From contig NC_090404.1 in the NCBI RefSeq assembly GCF_036365525.1, positions 7,192,001 through 7,256,000 on the forward strand: 64,000 bases of DNA. The letters run 5' to 3'. Both the position numbers and the translations under genes were made by a program. The notes below the pieces were generated by a model. That model did no database searches. It saw nothing but the letters and a program-made list of their open reading frames with translations, and was not told the DNA's origin. The DNA comes from Heterodontus francisci (lineage: Eukaryota). The number at the start of each line of letters is the position of its first letter. Positions within the stretch are counted from its first letter, which is position 1. Shown one piece after another: positions 40,096-52,577 of this stretch.

Positions 40096-40429
40096 CTGAT
40101 ATTCAGGTGTCAGGTCTCCTGTGGGTGAATATGATATCAGGTTAAGGGAGGGAAGATTTAACGGCCCTTTGAAGGGCTCGGAATGATATTTGGGAATGGG
40201 TGGTGTTGATGCCTGAACTCTTTCTCTGTCCCAATCTCTCTGCTCCCTCATCCCCCACCACTATCATTTGGGGCCGTCCTGTCCTCTAAGCTACATTTAT
40301 CTTGAATTGCCCTCATTGTCTCACTCTCTGTCCCTCTGACCTTTCCCCAGACTGGGTCAGTCTCATTGGTGCACGGCCCCTTCAAGATGCTGGATAAACC
40401 TGCCATGAGTCAGAGATTACAGGGGCTGC

Positions 40430-40940
40430 GCGGAGGCTGGAGATGGCCGTGGCTCACTGACGCTCAATGAATTGGGGAAATAACCAATCATAGTGCGGTG
40501 ACGTGATGTAACAATTGTTCCGCCATCCACAGCTGGTCCAACTGGCCTCCACCGTGGTTCTGAGACGGAAGCTCCACCATTTTTCCATGACGGACGCTCC
40601 GACACCTCTGTGTGGCGTACGGTCGGCCATGTTTCAGTGACGTCACAGGGTGTTTGGCGTTTATTAAAAAGAACAATTCGATTGAAAGGAAAACTGAATT
40701 CAGTTTCTATCAAAATTGTTGTTCCATATGCACCTATAAAAGTGAAGGTTTCGTCCGGTATCTCAATACATAAAGATGTGGATAAACAGTTGTCGTTGGG
40801 CACATGTGCTGTCCGGTCTCCCAGAGTACAGCGCGACCCATCCTTTCGCAACTGCTGTGAATTGTGGGAGCGACAGCCCTCCATGGCCCAGTCATTAACT
40901 GAGTAAATCCAAACTCAACCACCCTTCCATCCGGGTATTG
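40430..40940 (+). promoter_or_regulatory. CpG-rich regulatory block (YY1-like and CRE motifs), copy 1
   Basis: GGCCATGTTT at 40625, TGACGTCA at 40638-40645, TATAAAA at ~40735; homologous to 57990-58450 on -. Confidence 0.55.
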
Positions 40941-40989
40941 CCAGGGTTGTTATCCTGGACAGACTTAAAAGTGAGGTGGCAACCTGGTG

Positions 40990-42945
40990 AAGCAACAACA
41001 AAGGACTACATTCATGGTAAACAGTGGCAGTAGCATGCTAGAGTCAGAGGTAAGTGATACCACAACCAATGGATCAGATCAAAGCTCTGCGGACCTGCGA
41101 CATGAACATTAAGCAAGTAACCAAAGGAGGAGGCTCCAAAAAGATCCTCATCCTCAATGATGGGGAAGACCAGCATGTCACTGCAAAAGACAAGACAATT
41201 TACAACCATCTTCAGCCAGAAATGCTGAGTGGATGATTGCTCTCAGTCTCCTCCTGAGGTCCCCAGCATCGAGGATGCCAGTCTTCAGCTAATTCAAAGA
41301 ACAAAGAACAGTACAGCACAGCCACAGGCCATTCGGCATTCCAAGCCTGCGCCGTATTGATGCCTGTCTAAACTAAAACCTTCGAAATTCAATTCACTCC
41401 ACGTGATATCAACAAAACGGCTGATGGCACTGACATCCCAGCTGCAGTATAGAAGACCTGTGCTCCAGAACTGGCTTTACCGCGAGCCAAGTTGTTCCAG
41501 TACATTTACAGCACCTGCATCTACCCGGCAATGTGGAAAATTGTCCAGGTATGTCTGGTCCGCTAAAAGTAAGACAATTCAGCCCGGCTAATTACCACCC
41601 CATCAGTCCATTTTCAAACATTAGCAAAGTAATGGAAGGTTTCATTGGCAGTGATATCGACTGGCAGTTTCTCAGCAAAAACCAGCTCACCGATTCTCAG
41701 TTTAGGTTCAGCAAGGGCCACTTGACTCCAAACTTCATTACAGCCTGGGTATATACATGGACCAAGGAGCTGACTTCCAGGGCTGAGATGGGAGTGACTG
41801 CCTTTGACATCAAGGCAGCATTTGACTGAGTGTGGTAACAAAGACTCTCGCAAAATTGAAGTCAATGGGAATCAGGGAGAAAATACTGCACTGGCTGTAG
41901 TCAAACCTAGCACAAATGATTGTGGTTGTTCGAGGTCACTCACCACAGCCCCAGGAAATCAATGCAGGAGTTCCTCAGTGTAGTGTCCTCGGCCCAACCA
42001 CCTTCAGCTGTTTCATCAATGATTTTCTCTCCATCATAAGGTCAGAGACTGGGATCATCGTTGATGATTGTAGTGTTCAGTATCATTCATGTCTCCTCCA
42101 GATATGAAGCATTCTGCCCCTGCATGCATCAAGATCTGGACAGCATTCAGTCTTACGTTGTTAAGTGACAAATAACGTTCGCGCCACCCAGGTGCCAGGC
42201 AAGGACCATCCCCAACAAGAGAGAATCTGACCATCTCCCATTCACGTTCAATTAAATGACCATCACTGTATTCCCCACCATCAACGTTCTGTGAATTAAT
42301 ATTAACAGGAAACTTAACTGGACAAGACATATAAATACTGTGGCTACACGAGCAGGTCAGAGGCTAGGAATCCTGGGTCGAGGAACTCACCTCTTGACTT
42401 CCCAAAGCCTGTCCACCATTTAGAAGGTACATGTCAGGAGTGTGATGGAATACTCTCAACATTCCTGAATGACTGGGGCTCTAACAACACTCAAGAAGCT
42501 CGACACAATCCAGGACAAAGCAACCCGCTTCATCAGCACACCATACACAACATTAAACATTCATTCCCTCCACCACTGGCGCAGAGTGGCAGTAGCGTGT
42601 ACCATCTACAAGATGCCCTGCAGCAACTCATCTCGGCTCCTTCGCCGGGACTTTTCAAATCCGTGACCTCACCCTACCTAGAACTGCAAGGGCAGGAAAC
42701 GCATGGGAACACCATCACCTGCAAATTCCCTTTCAAGCCACACATCATCCTGACGTGGATCTACATTGCCGTTCCTTCACTCTTGCTGGGTCAAAAACCT
42801 GGAACTCCGTCCCTAAAAACACCGTGGGTGTTACTATACACAATGGACTGCAGCGGTTCAGAAAGCTGCTCACCACCACCTTCTCAAGGACATTTAGGGA
42901 TGGAAGACCAATGCTGACCTAGTCAGAGACTCTCATATCCCATGA
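40990..42945 (+). mobile_element. LINE family B, degenerate ORF2 and tail
   Basis: ANYHPIS, FDIKAAFD and GVPQCSVLGP motifs; short nested CR1 tail at ~41295-41380. Confidence 0.88.
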
Positions 42946-44239
42946 AATAATAAAAAAACAGACTGCAGTGTCCTGCGGAGCGGAGAGAACCTCTGAGCAG
43001 ATTGCAGACTGAATCCAGAACATCACAAAGGTGGTGTCTGCTCATCAACCAAACACGGATTGAAGCAAAGAAATGGAAATAAGAAACTCGACTGATCCCC
43101 GTTGAAGCAGGATGACCATAAATGTAACCCCGAGAGTGATATATCACACAGAAGAAGTAGTTTTACTTTATATAATAGAAAGGGAGAGACTTTAATTTAT
43201 GTCGCACCTTTCACGGCTTCAGGACGTCCAAAAGCGTCTTATAGTTAAGGAAAAACGTTTCAGGTGTAGTTACTGTTCCAATGCAGGTAATATTATTGAC
43301 ATAGAGTGAGGTCAGAATACTTTTACAGAACATTTTGTCAATCTGACCCTGGTGGATGTGAAGGGATTTGGAAATGCTGATACTTTCCCGATAATTCCAA
43401 TTGATCATCAATAATAAAAACAATATCGGATCACAAAAAAAATCGATACAATTGTCTGCCGGTCTGTCTGTTTATAACACATTGAAATACCGTTCCGAAC
43501 GGAACAATTGTTATCCTTCTTCAGACGATACAGTGACAATGGGTGAATGAAAAACATTGATTGCAGCACTTCACTGTTTCAGTCAACCGTGCCGTGACAC
43601 CTGTGATTTAACCTTGCTGTCAATACACCGCCCTGTGCAGTATTCCCACACAAAAGTAATGCCTGTAATCTCCAGCTGTCACCTGTGAAACCACGAAACT
43701 GACGGCTTTACGTTTGGCCAAAAATGAGGTGCTGGAGCGCCATCGAGTGGCGTCAGGCGGTAAATGAAATACTGACTGTGAAAAATGTGGATTCTCAATT
43801 TACTCACCAAACTGCTGCATTATCACGTTGAACTATTATTATGCTAGAGTTCTATAGTTGTCACTGTTTTATTTTTATTATCACTGTAACTGCCGTTGCT
43901 ATTTTATAATAATTCTGAGATTTCTTGTCTCGGTTTACGGGTGTGATCATGTCACTAACACATTACACGCGCATTCGCAAACATTAGCAGAACTTAGCGT
44001 TAATAATTCCTCGGTTCATATGATTGGATTTCTAATTTGCTAGGACTAGAAGTCTTTCAACCTCTCGAATCATCAAATACGAAGATCAAGCAACATTCAG
44101 AAACTCCATGAAGTGAAGGTGATTAATATTTTGCTGTTGAGGTTTAATCTGTATGTTGAACCCAACACGATATAAAAATGTAAATCAATTTCATTGCATA
44201 TCAAACAATTCCAGTTGGCATCATTAGGAGTTAAGAGAG

Positions 44240-44558
44240 CAAAGCTCTCTGTGAACTATCCAATCAGACACTCCGAGAGTCGGTACAACATGGGTTAGAT
44301 TCAGAGTAAAGCTCCCTCAACACTGTCCTTTCAAACACTGCCAACGGAGGTATAGCACGGGTCAGGAAGAGAGTAAAGCTGCCTCTGCGCTGCCCCATCA
44401 AACACTCCCAAGATGAGTACAACACGGGTTAGGTACTGAGTAAAGCTCCCTCTGCGCTGCCCCATCAAACACTCCCAGGGCAGGAACAGCACAGGTTAAA
44501 TATGGAGTGAAGCTCCCTCTGCGCTGCCCCAACAAACACTCCCAGGGCAGGTACAGCA
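44240..44558. repeat. ~67-bp tandem repeat (aaacactcccagggcaggtacagcacgggttag...)
   Basis: aacactccc at 44401, 44468 and 44535; same family at ~22700-22960, 33170-33385 and 59660-59950. Confidence 0.8.
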
Positions 44559-46388
44559 TTGGGATTGGCTGGTCAATTTGGAGAACTTCCTGCCAGCAAT
44601 CAGGGGGAGCAGCTGCACCTGTGTTGCAGCAATTGCAGAGTGGAGAGTGGAGACTGCAACAACTGGGGAGAGGAGAGTGGAATAACTGCAAAGAGGTGAC
44701 TATAGAGTGGAGACAGCTGCATTTCCTGAGGAACTGTTGCACTTTTTCAAAGATTAAGAAGACCTGCAAATCATTTTGGAGAGGTGGTTGTTGGAGCACC
44801 AGAGAACTGTTGGTTGTTTGGACTGCTGGGGGAGGGAGGAGGCACCGGAAGATCCAGAGGTGGGGCTGCCAAATTCTGTAGGGAGCCCTTGTATTTGGTC
44901 TTGTGTTTATCTGCCATCCTGCACAGAAGGGGCTCCCTCCCCACCCCCAACTGTGTGGCTCGGGACGGCTGGAGCTGCCCGGCTGAAGACTAGCTTAATA
45001 CAACAACAGAAAAGGGAGAGAACCGGGCGGCTCTAGCCGACCCGGGCGAAGAGCCCTCCCCTAACTGGAAGATTGAACTGTAGACTCTGCAGGAAGTTGC
45101 TGCAACCACCAAGTGAACTGTAACATCCTCGCAAGTGTTCTCTCTCTTCTATCACTCGGCCACCTATCCTCTCCTCTCCTTGTCCTTTTCAACCCTATCC
45201 TCCTCTACTCCCATCCTCACCTCCCCCATCATATTGTTTGTGTTTAAGAAAACTGTCGTGTGCTTTGTTTCTTGGGGGTGGGCGTAGCTCTGCGACCCCA
45301 TGGTAAGCCCCTCTTCGCCGGTGGCGGGGCCTTCCCGTTCATATGCTGCTGCGGCTGCTGCAGCTGCAGCTGTTGCCCCGTCACCGTTTGCTTTATTAAC
45401 ATCGAAGAATGGGGTCAAGAGCTACGTCCACCCGAACATGACTATCGAGACATGCGTGAAAGCAATGGCCGAGGTTGTCGGCCCGTCGGCCATTGTTGCA
45501 GCCTCTAAAATGTATGGGAAGGCAGTGTTGTGGAGGGCCAGGTGCACTTCCACTCCCTCCTCACAGTGAGGTGTTTGTGACGGATTTTAAGTACCTTTGA
45601 CATGAAGATAACCATAGCCAGCCTCAACATCAACGGCAGCAGAGGGGCTCACCGCAGATTTCACAATCTCTCAGTCCTTAGGGAAGGGAGATACACGGTG
45701 AGCTTTCTGCAGGAAACCCACACCGTTCCAGGAGACAAAGCCACCTGGCTCCTGGAGTGGCAGGGTGGGGTCTACATGAGTCACCTCACCCCTATTTCTG
45801 GTGGCGTGGCTATCTTGTTGGCCCCGACTTTTCAGCCGGAGATCTTGGGGATCAAGGAGCTAGTGCCGGGCCACTTGCTCCACGTCGCCATTCACCTGGG
45901 TCGCGTGCCGCTCCACTTTGTGAACGTGTACGCGCCCAGGCCCGGCGCGTTGCAAGCGCGCTTCTTTGAAGAAGTGGCCGCTCTCTTGAGCTCCATCGAT
46001 CGCGGCGAGTGCATCATCCTCGGGGGGGATTTTAACTGCACCCTCGAGGTGGGGGATCGCTCCGGTCCCCAGCGCGGCCAAGCGTCGGTGGAGAAGTTGA
46101 GGGGACTGATCAGCTCCCTTAACTTGGTGGATGTGTGGCGGAATGTCCATCCCGACTCCAGCGCCTTCACGTGGAGGTCTGGAGGAGTGGGGTCGCGAAT
46201 TGATCGCCTCTACATTTCGCAGGCGTACGTCTCCTGCATCTCGGCGGCCTCCATGCGGCTGGTGCCTTGCTCGGACCACCGCCTGGTGTGGGCGGAGTTC
46301 AGTCCGCTCCGCACGCGGGTGGGGTCCGCGTACTGGCACTTTAACAACCGGCTGCTGGAGGACGTGCGATTTCGGGACTCGTTCTGTC
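44559..46388 (+). mobile_element. Tx1-like L1-clade retrotransposon: 5'UTR, deleted ORF1, ORF2 endonuclease domain only
   Basis: ORF1 at 45300 (CVKAMAEVVGPSAIVAASKMYGK); ORF2 at 45602 (SLNING, LQETH, NVYAP, GGDFN, RIDR, SDH, YWHFN). The 5' boundary is inferred. Confidence 0.85.
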
Positions 46389-47084
46389 GAAAAATACAGA
46401 GACATTTATCAACCCGACTGCAGGTCAGTGACTCTGCTTTCCCCCAATATAGCAGAGGTTTGTTATTCAAACGGCGCTTTGGTCAGTCCAATGCCTCGCA
46501 CCTACCAAGTAACAGCTTTCTGTGTCACAGACCCCGCCAGTTATGGAAGAGTCCAAGAATAGTTGTCTGTGTCCAGGGTGAAGGTGTTGGTGGTGGTGAT
46601 GGGGCGTGCTGTTGCGTCTGTCACGTGGCAGTCTCCTGAATGTTCCTTCCCAGGTCTCTGTGAGGCCACTGCCTTTGAGAACTGAGTCTAAGGGCTTCCC
46701 TCTGGGGATCATCTTTTGACCATTACTTTCAGGCAGGTACTGAGCTGATCCAGCAAGGGAACCCGCACTCACCTGCACAGGGACTTTGAGCAGATCTTCC
46801 TTTCATCCAATCACTTGTATTATTCTAATTCACAAGAACAATTGTTTTATTTCAATTTGTTCTTTCTTTTTTTCTGTTACCTATCTGTTCTTTCAACTTC
46901 TCTTTCAAATGATTTTCTCCATCAGCTTTTTATGGCAATGGGGGTATCTGGGGATTGTGAAGGAAATTGGGGAGATGGGGAGAAAGGGATAAATGGAAAA
47001 ACGGAATGATGGGGATAAACATTAGTTAAAAACTTCGGACAAGGAGCAGAAAAAAAAAGATGGTTAAAGTTATGAAAAAATTCA

Positions 47085-47760
47085 ATGAAAGGAAGATCTG
47101 AGCAATTTACCAGTGGAAGTGAGTGAGGCTTCCACGGGAGATCAGTTCTATATTTGTATGTCCTCAATGTTTAAAATCTGAACAACGTACCTGTGCAGGT
47201 GAGTAAGGTCATCTCTGTGCATTAACCCAGATCTGTCTGTATTCAATGGTTAAAATCTTAACAATGTAACTGTGCAGATGAGTGAGGCTCCCCACAGCAG
47301 ATCAGCTCAGTGTCTCTCAATTTTCAATGGTTAACACTACAGGTAATGTACCTGTGGAAGTGGAAGAGGCACCCTCTGTGCATTGTCACAGTGCATGTCT
47401 GCTCTCAATTTTTAAAGTTTTTCATCAATGTCCCTGTGCAGATGGATGAAGCTCCCCTCGGTGGATCATCTCAGACCCTCTCTATACACCACAGTTAACT
47501 ATCTGAGCAATGCACTTTGTAGATGCGTGAAGCGCCTTACGATGGATCAGTTCAACGCCTGCCTGGTCTGAATTGTTCGAGATCTACGCCAATGCATCAG
47601 CACCATACCAGTCTGGTTCAATGATTGAAGACATGAGCAATTTCCTGTGCAGATGGATGAGGCGCATCAGTTCAGTGCCTGTCTGCTTTCAGTGGTTAAT
47701 TATTTGATCAGTAGTGCTGTGAATGCCTCCACCATAGATCTGCCCTGTGCCTGTCTGCAT
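47085..47760. repeat. ~80-bp degenerate tandem repeat
   Basis: ctgtgcag(a/g)tgagtgagg...gatcagttc units at ~47191, 47270, 47352 and 47434. Confidence 0.7.
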
Positions 47761-49692
47761 ACCTTGACAGAGCTGCCAAATGAGGAACATCGATAAAGGA
47801 GAGACTGATCACAGTGATGATGAGAGACACCAACAGAGGGCGAAAGATAAAGGTGAGACGGAGTACAGTAATACAACTTGCACTGATGTATCAGCTCATT
47901 ACCCTCTGCGGGAGTTACCAACGTATTTGAAGTGTAACTAATTACAGATGAACGTGGCGATTTGTGCACATAAACATCGACAATAAAGCATAGTTTTCAA
48001 TTCCCGTTAATGTAATTTTTTTGATCTCGATTAAAGGGAGGAATGTTGACCAGGACACAGCATGGAACCATGGGAGCTTTAATGCCCACCTCAACAGAAA
48101 ACGGGTGGTCGAAAGATTATTGTTTCACATTGTCCCTGGAAAGTTTGTGCCCTTTCAGCACTGCACCAACTGGAAACCTAGTTAGTATGCTCAGGTTCTG
48201 AATTTGAGGTGGAATCCACAATCTACTGATTCTGAAATCAGAATCAAATCACTTTATCCAAGCTGCTAGAAAAATGCTTAATGTATTCAGGTGCCATTTT
48301 ATATCTATAATTTTACATTAACATTATATGACGTCATTGCTGTTAAACTTCCAAATACTAATGTCACAAATCGCAACATCAGGAGCACAATTACAAAACT
48401 GATGCAATTGAAATTCACTGAATCATGGAATCTGACAGCACCTAAGGAGGCTATTGAGCCCACGGTGTCGATTCTTTGAAAGAGCTGTCCAATAAGTTCC
48501 ACTCTCCTGATCTTTCCACGAGCCCAGAACATTTCCCTTTGTCAAGTAATTATCCTATCCCCATTTCGTAATTACTATTGAATCTGAATCAGGGAATTCA
48601 TTCCAGCTCATAACAACTCGATGCATAAAAAAAATTGCCTCATCCCCTCCCCTACCTTATTTACCATTCATATTAAATCTGTGTCCTCTGGTTACCGACG
48701 TTGCTGCCAGTGGAAACACCATCTCATTAGCAACACTATCAAAATGTGCATAATTTTGAACACTGCTATTAAGTCTCAGTACAACCTTTCCTGCTCTAAG
48801 GAGAACAAACGCAGTTTCTTGAATCTTTCTATATAACTGAAGTCTCTCATCACTGATCCAATTCCACTAAATCTCCTCTGCAACCTCTCCAAGGCTTTAA
48901 CATCCTCCCTGAAGTATGGATGGAAATAAACTCAACCATTATTTTTGCTTCAGATTATATCTAAGGATTCATGGTCTCTTAAAATTTTTCTGTGCAGTGA
49001 TCTGAGTATAATTAATATTGATGAAAAGTAATATTCCTGGTTCTGACCGAACAGTCAGCGACCGATGTGCTTAACAACATCGGCCTCAGCAGGATCACTG
49101 ACGCTACCTGCTGGTGGGACGTTTCATTATATTAACAGTGTTATATAAATCTCAGTTGTGGTTGTGGACATGAGGAACAACATTTTTATGCCATGCGCTG
49201 TTATGATCTGGAATGCACCACCTGATAGACCAGTAGAAGCGGATGTAATAGCAATATTCAGAAGCAAAAGGGAATTTGGTTCAATAATTGATGTGCAAAA
49301 ATTATGTATAAAGCGAACAGTTTGTGTGTGCTCTTTAAAGTTGTTCCCATCAAGCAGATGAGAGTAAGAGATCTGAGTGGACATTAGGACTTTGCAGTAG
49401 CCCATCCGGCGGTGCTGTGAGGCCAATTAAACCATCGTCCTTGTAACTTATTGTCTGATATTCACCATCTCTCCCTACCACGCTGATGAATGAGTTGCTG
49501 AAAACGTTTTAATTCTTTCCTGGGATGTGTGCGTCGCTGGCAAGACCAGCATTTTTTGTCCATCCCTAGTGCAATGAAAACCTTAAACCACTGAAGGATT
49601 TGGTAGTTTTGCAAAGCCACCGTTTGAACGAAAAATGCCTTAAATATGAAAATGTGGAATGGAGGGTACACCCATGGAGGTAGGACTGTAAC

Positions 49693-49846
49693 AAAAACAA
49701 GAAATGCTGGAATCACTCAGCAGGTCTGGCAGCATCTGTGGAAAGAGAAGCGGGTTAACAGATGCTGCCAGACCTGCTGAGTGATTCCAGCATTTCTTGT
49801 TTATGTTTCAGATTTCCAGCATCCGCAGTATTTTGCTTTTATTTTA
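49693..49846. mobile_element. Fold-back (head-to-head) Penelope pLTR mini-insertion
   Basis: 16-bp TSD GAGGTAGGACTGTAAC at 49677-49692 and 49847-49862; inverted arms of ~45 bp. Confidence 0.88.
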
Positions 49847-49879
49847 GAGGTAGGACTGTAACCTGAGTTAGGAATTTAC

Positions 49880-51340
49880 CACTGCATTAGTAATCCAGAT
49901 GCTCAGGGTAATGGCCGAGAGACTTGAGTTCAAATCCCACCAAGGCAGCGGTTGGAATTTAAATTCAATTAATTAATACAAAATGAATTGAAAATCTGGA
50001 ATTGAAAGCTAGTCTCAGTAATGGCGCCGTAAAAACTCTCATTGATTGTCATAAAAACACATCTGGTTCACTAATGTCCTCCAGGGAAGGAAACCTACCA
50101 AGGGTTCCCCTTGTCCTCACTTTCCACCCCACCAGCCTCCATATCCAAAGGATCATCCTCCGCCATTTCTGTCACGTCCAGCGTGATGCCACGACCAAAC
50201 ACATCTTCCCCTCCCTTTTCCTGTCAGGATTCCAAAGGGATCATTCACTCTGCGGCACCCTCATCCACTCCTTCATTACCCCCCATCACCTCATCCCCTT
50301 CCCACAGCACCGACCACTGCAATCACAGGAAGTGCAATACCTGCGCTTTGACCTCCTCTCTCCTCACTATCCAAGGCCGCAAGCACTTCTTTCAGGTGAA
50401 GCAGCTGTTTATTTGCACTTCTTTCAAATTAGTATACTTTATTCGCTGCTAACAAGGCGGTCTCCTCTACACTGGGGAGACCAAATGCAGATTGGTTGAC
50501 CACTTTGTGGAACGCCTCCGCTCAGTCCGTAAGCATGACCCCGAGCTTCCGCTTGCTTGCCATTTCAACACCCCACCCTCGCCCATCGCTCTCAAGCTCA
50601 CATCTCTCTCCTGGGATTACTGCAGCGTTCCAGTGAACATCAACGCGAGCTCGAGGAACAGCATCTCATTTACCGATTAGGCACACTACAGCCTGCCGGA
50701 CTGAACACTGAGTTCAATAATTTCAGAACATGACAGGCCCCTTTTTATTTTTAGTTATTTTTTCTTTTTTATTTGTTTATTTTATTTTAATTTGTTTCGT
50801 TTGTTTCTACTGTGTCTACCCTTTTTGTTTAATGTTTGTGCTTGGGCTGTTCATTTTCCAGTTAATTGACACCTTCTCTGTACCAACGCTTTGGCTTTCA
50901 GAACAGCATTAACATACCGTTTGCCTTTGATCCATGACCTTCTGGTCAGTTATTCTCTTTGACCTTGTCCTATCAACAACTTCTATTTTGTTATCTCTTG
51001 CCTCACCCCCGCTTTACTTGCCTATAACCTTTTACATTTCTAGTATTTGTCAGGTCTGATGAAGGGTCACTGACCTGAAACGTTAACTCTGCTTCTCTCT
51101 CCACAGATGCTGCCAGTCTTGCTGAGTATTTCCAGCATTTTTTGCTTTTATTTCAGATTTCAGCATCCGCAGTATTTTGGTTTTATGAACTTGCCATTCT
51201 TACCTGGTCTGGCCGACATGTGACTCCAGACCCGCAGCAATGTGGTTGACTCTTAGCTGCCCTCTGAACTCAATTTGTGGGCAATCTGGGATGTTCAGCA
51301 AATGCTGGCCTGCCTGCGACACAACATCCCATGAAAGAAG
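49880..51340 (+). mobile_element. tRNA-derived SINE (tail shared with LINE family B) split by a Penelope fragment at ~50097-51187
   Basis: B-box gagttcaaatcc; SINE body stops at gggaaggaaacct and resumes at cttgccattcttacctggtctgg; the Penelope part matches 33908-35035 and has a canonical CTGATGA hammerhead core at 51056-51084. Confidence 0.8.
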
Positions 51341-52049
51341 AAAAAAAAATATTTTCTCTATGTCACTAACCACCAGAATCCCAATCCTGATTAATTTCAG
51401 CACAGTGGGATGGTGCCTCCTGTTAGTTACACTCGGATATTATTCTCACAGGTTCAGTCGATATTTGGGAAACAGACTCATATTCCCCATCGGGAAATTA
51501 GCAACACTGTCAGATGACGGCGGTAAGATATTATCTCAAAGTGATAAAGGCAGGGTTTGAATGTAGATGAATGTGACTGAGGTGGTTGACGGGGGCCTGG
51601 TTTGATGAACCTTCCGTTGGGGACACACAAGGAGAAGATTTCTTCTGGTTTCGCTGTGGAAATCTCCTGTGAAAACTGGTTGAACGAAAACGCAAGCTCA
51701 TTCTTTTCAAATGTGATCACTGTTTTGCTAGAGATAGCGACCAGGGGAAATCTATCCGACAGAGGGGGTAGTTCAGTGTAAACAGGGTATGCGGATGATA
51801 ATGAAGTTGATGCTCTCGATGAACATAAACAAACACTCAGTGTGATTGATGTCGGCCTGTAAAGTATACCCAAACCTCAGGAAAGACGATGCTTTCCTCA
51901 CATCATGGACTGCACGCACTGACTCACTGACTCCACCATCAGATAATTCATTCAGTGGCTCAAAGGTGCTTTGACCCTCATTTAAGTCTCGTTTCAATAT
52001 ATGGCGGGTGGATTGGACACTGCTTCAAGCCAGAGGAACAATGGGACCA

Positions 52050-52115
52050 GGAAGTGACGTTGAACCAATAGGAGCCTCTGACGGAATTGTTCCGGTGCAG
52101 GATTGGCCTTTTAAA
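52050..52115 (+). promoter_or_regulatory. TCR V-type promoter (ETS/CRE, CCAAT, TATA-like)
   Basis: GGAAGTGACGT at 52050-52060, CCAAT at 52065, TTTTAAA at 52109-52115; ~30-90 bp upstream of the leader. Confidence 0.55.
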
Positions 52116-52140
52116 GAGACCGACAGGTTCGGTCTCGGCA

Positions 52141-52577
52141 ATGGCCATGCGGATATTCAGCGCCTGGGTTGTGTGTGCGGTGTTTATACTTGGTAAGGAT
52201 GACTTCAATCATGTTGTCTCCAAATTACTGTGTTAATATTATTTCAGTAACGCCTTTTAATTCTCGATCTTGTCTTCGTCCTGAACGCATGTTACAGATC
52301 AAAGTGATGGCGATACTGTTACTCAGTCCCAGTCTTCAGAAAGCGGGAGAGAAGGTGAAGCAGTGACTATAAGATGTACCTATAGCACAGGTATTAGTTA
52401 TATTGGTACCGGCAACAAGCAGAAAAAGACTCTCAGTTTGTTGTGTGGAGATGGTCTGGGGATACACGACAATTGAAAGGAGAAGATCTTGGAATTCGTT
52501 TCTCTGCTGAGCTCCAGACCGCGACTAAATTCACCAGTTTAACTATCTCGGGTCTGCAGCTGACTGACTCTGCCGTT
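52141..52577 (+). pseudogene. TCR alpha/delta-type V pseudogene 1 (leader 52141-52192, V exon from 52298), 3'-truncated
   Basis: MAMRIFSAWVVCAVFIL/gtaagg; DTVTQSQSSESGREGEAVTIRCTYST, frameshift at ~52399, then YWYRQQAEK...RFSAELQTATKFTSLTISGLQLTDSAV; no YYC or RSS. Confidence 0.88.

Noticed and set aside
42960-43860. Possible small exons on - (VTAGDYRHYFC followed by CACAGGG; hydrophobic ITLGVTFMVILL) and FTFG on +
   Set aside because: No nonamer at 12 or 23 spacing, no upstream V framework, in-frame stops and no FGxG; cannot be supported without a search
46389-46560. LQVSDSA (+) and GKAESLTC (-) V-like peptides
   Set aside because: No YYC, WYRQ or RSS nearby; too short to call
47700-47969. 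LYYC on - and CACAGTG on + (~47810)
   Set aside because: No V framework, and nonamer matches are poor
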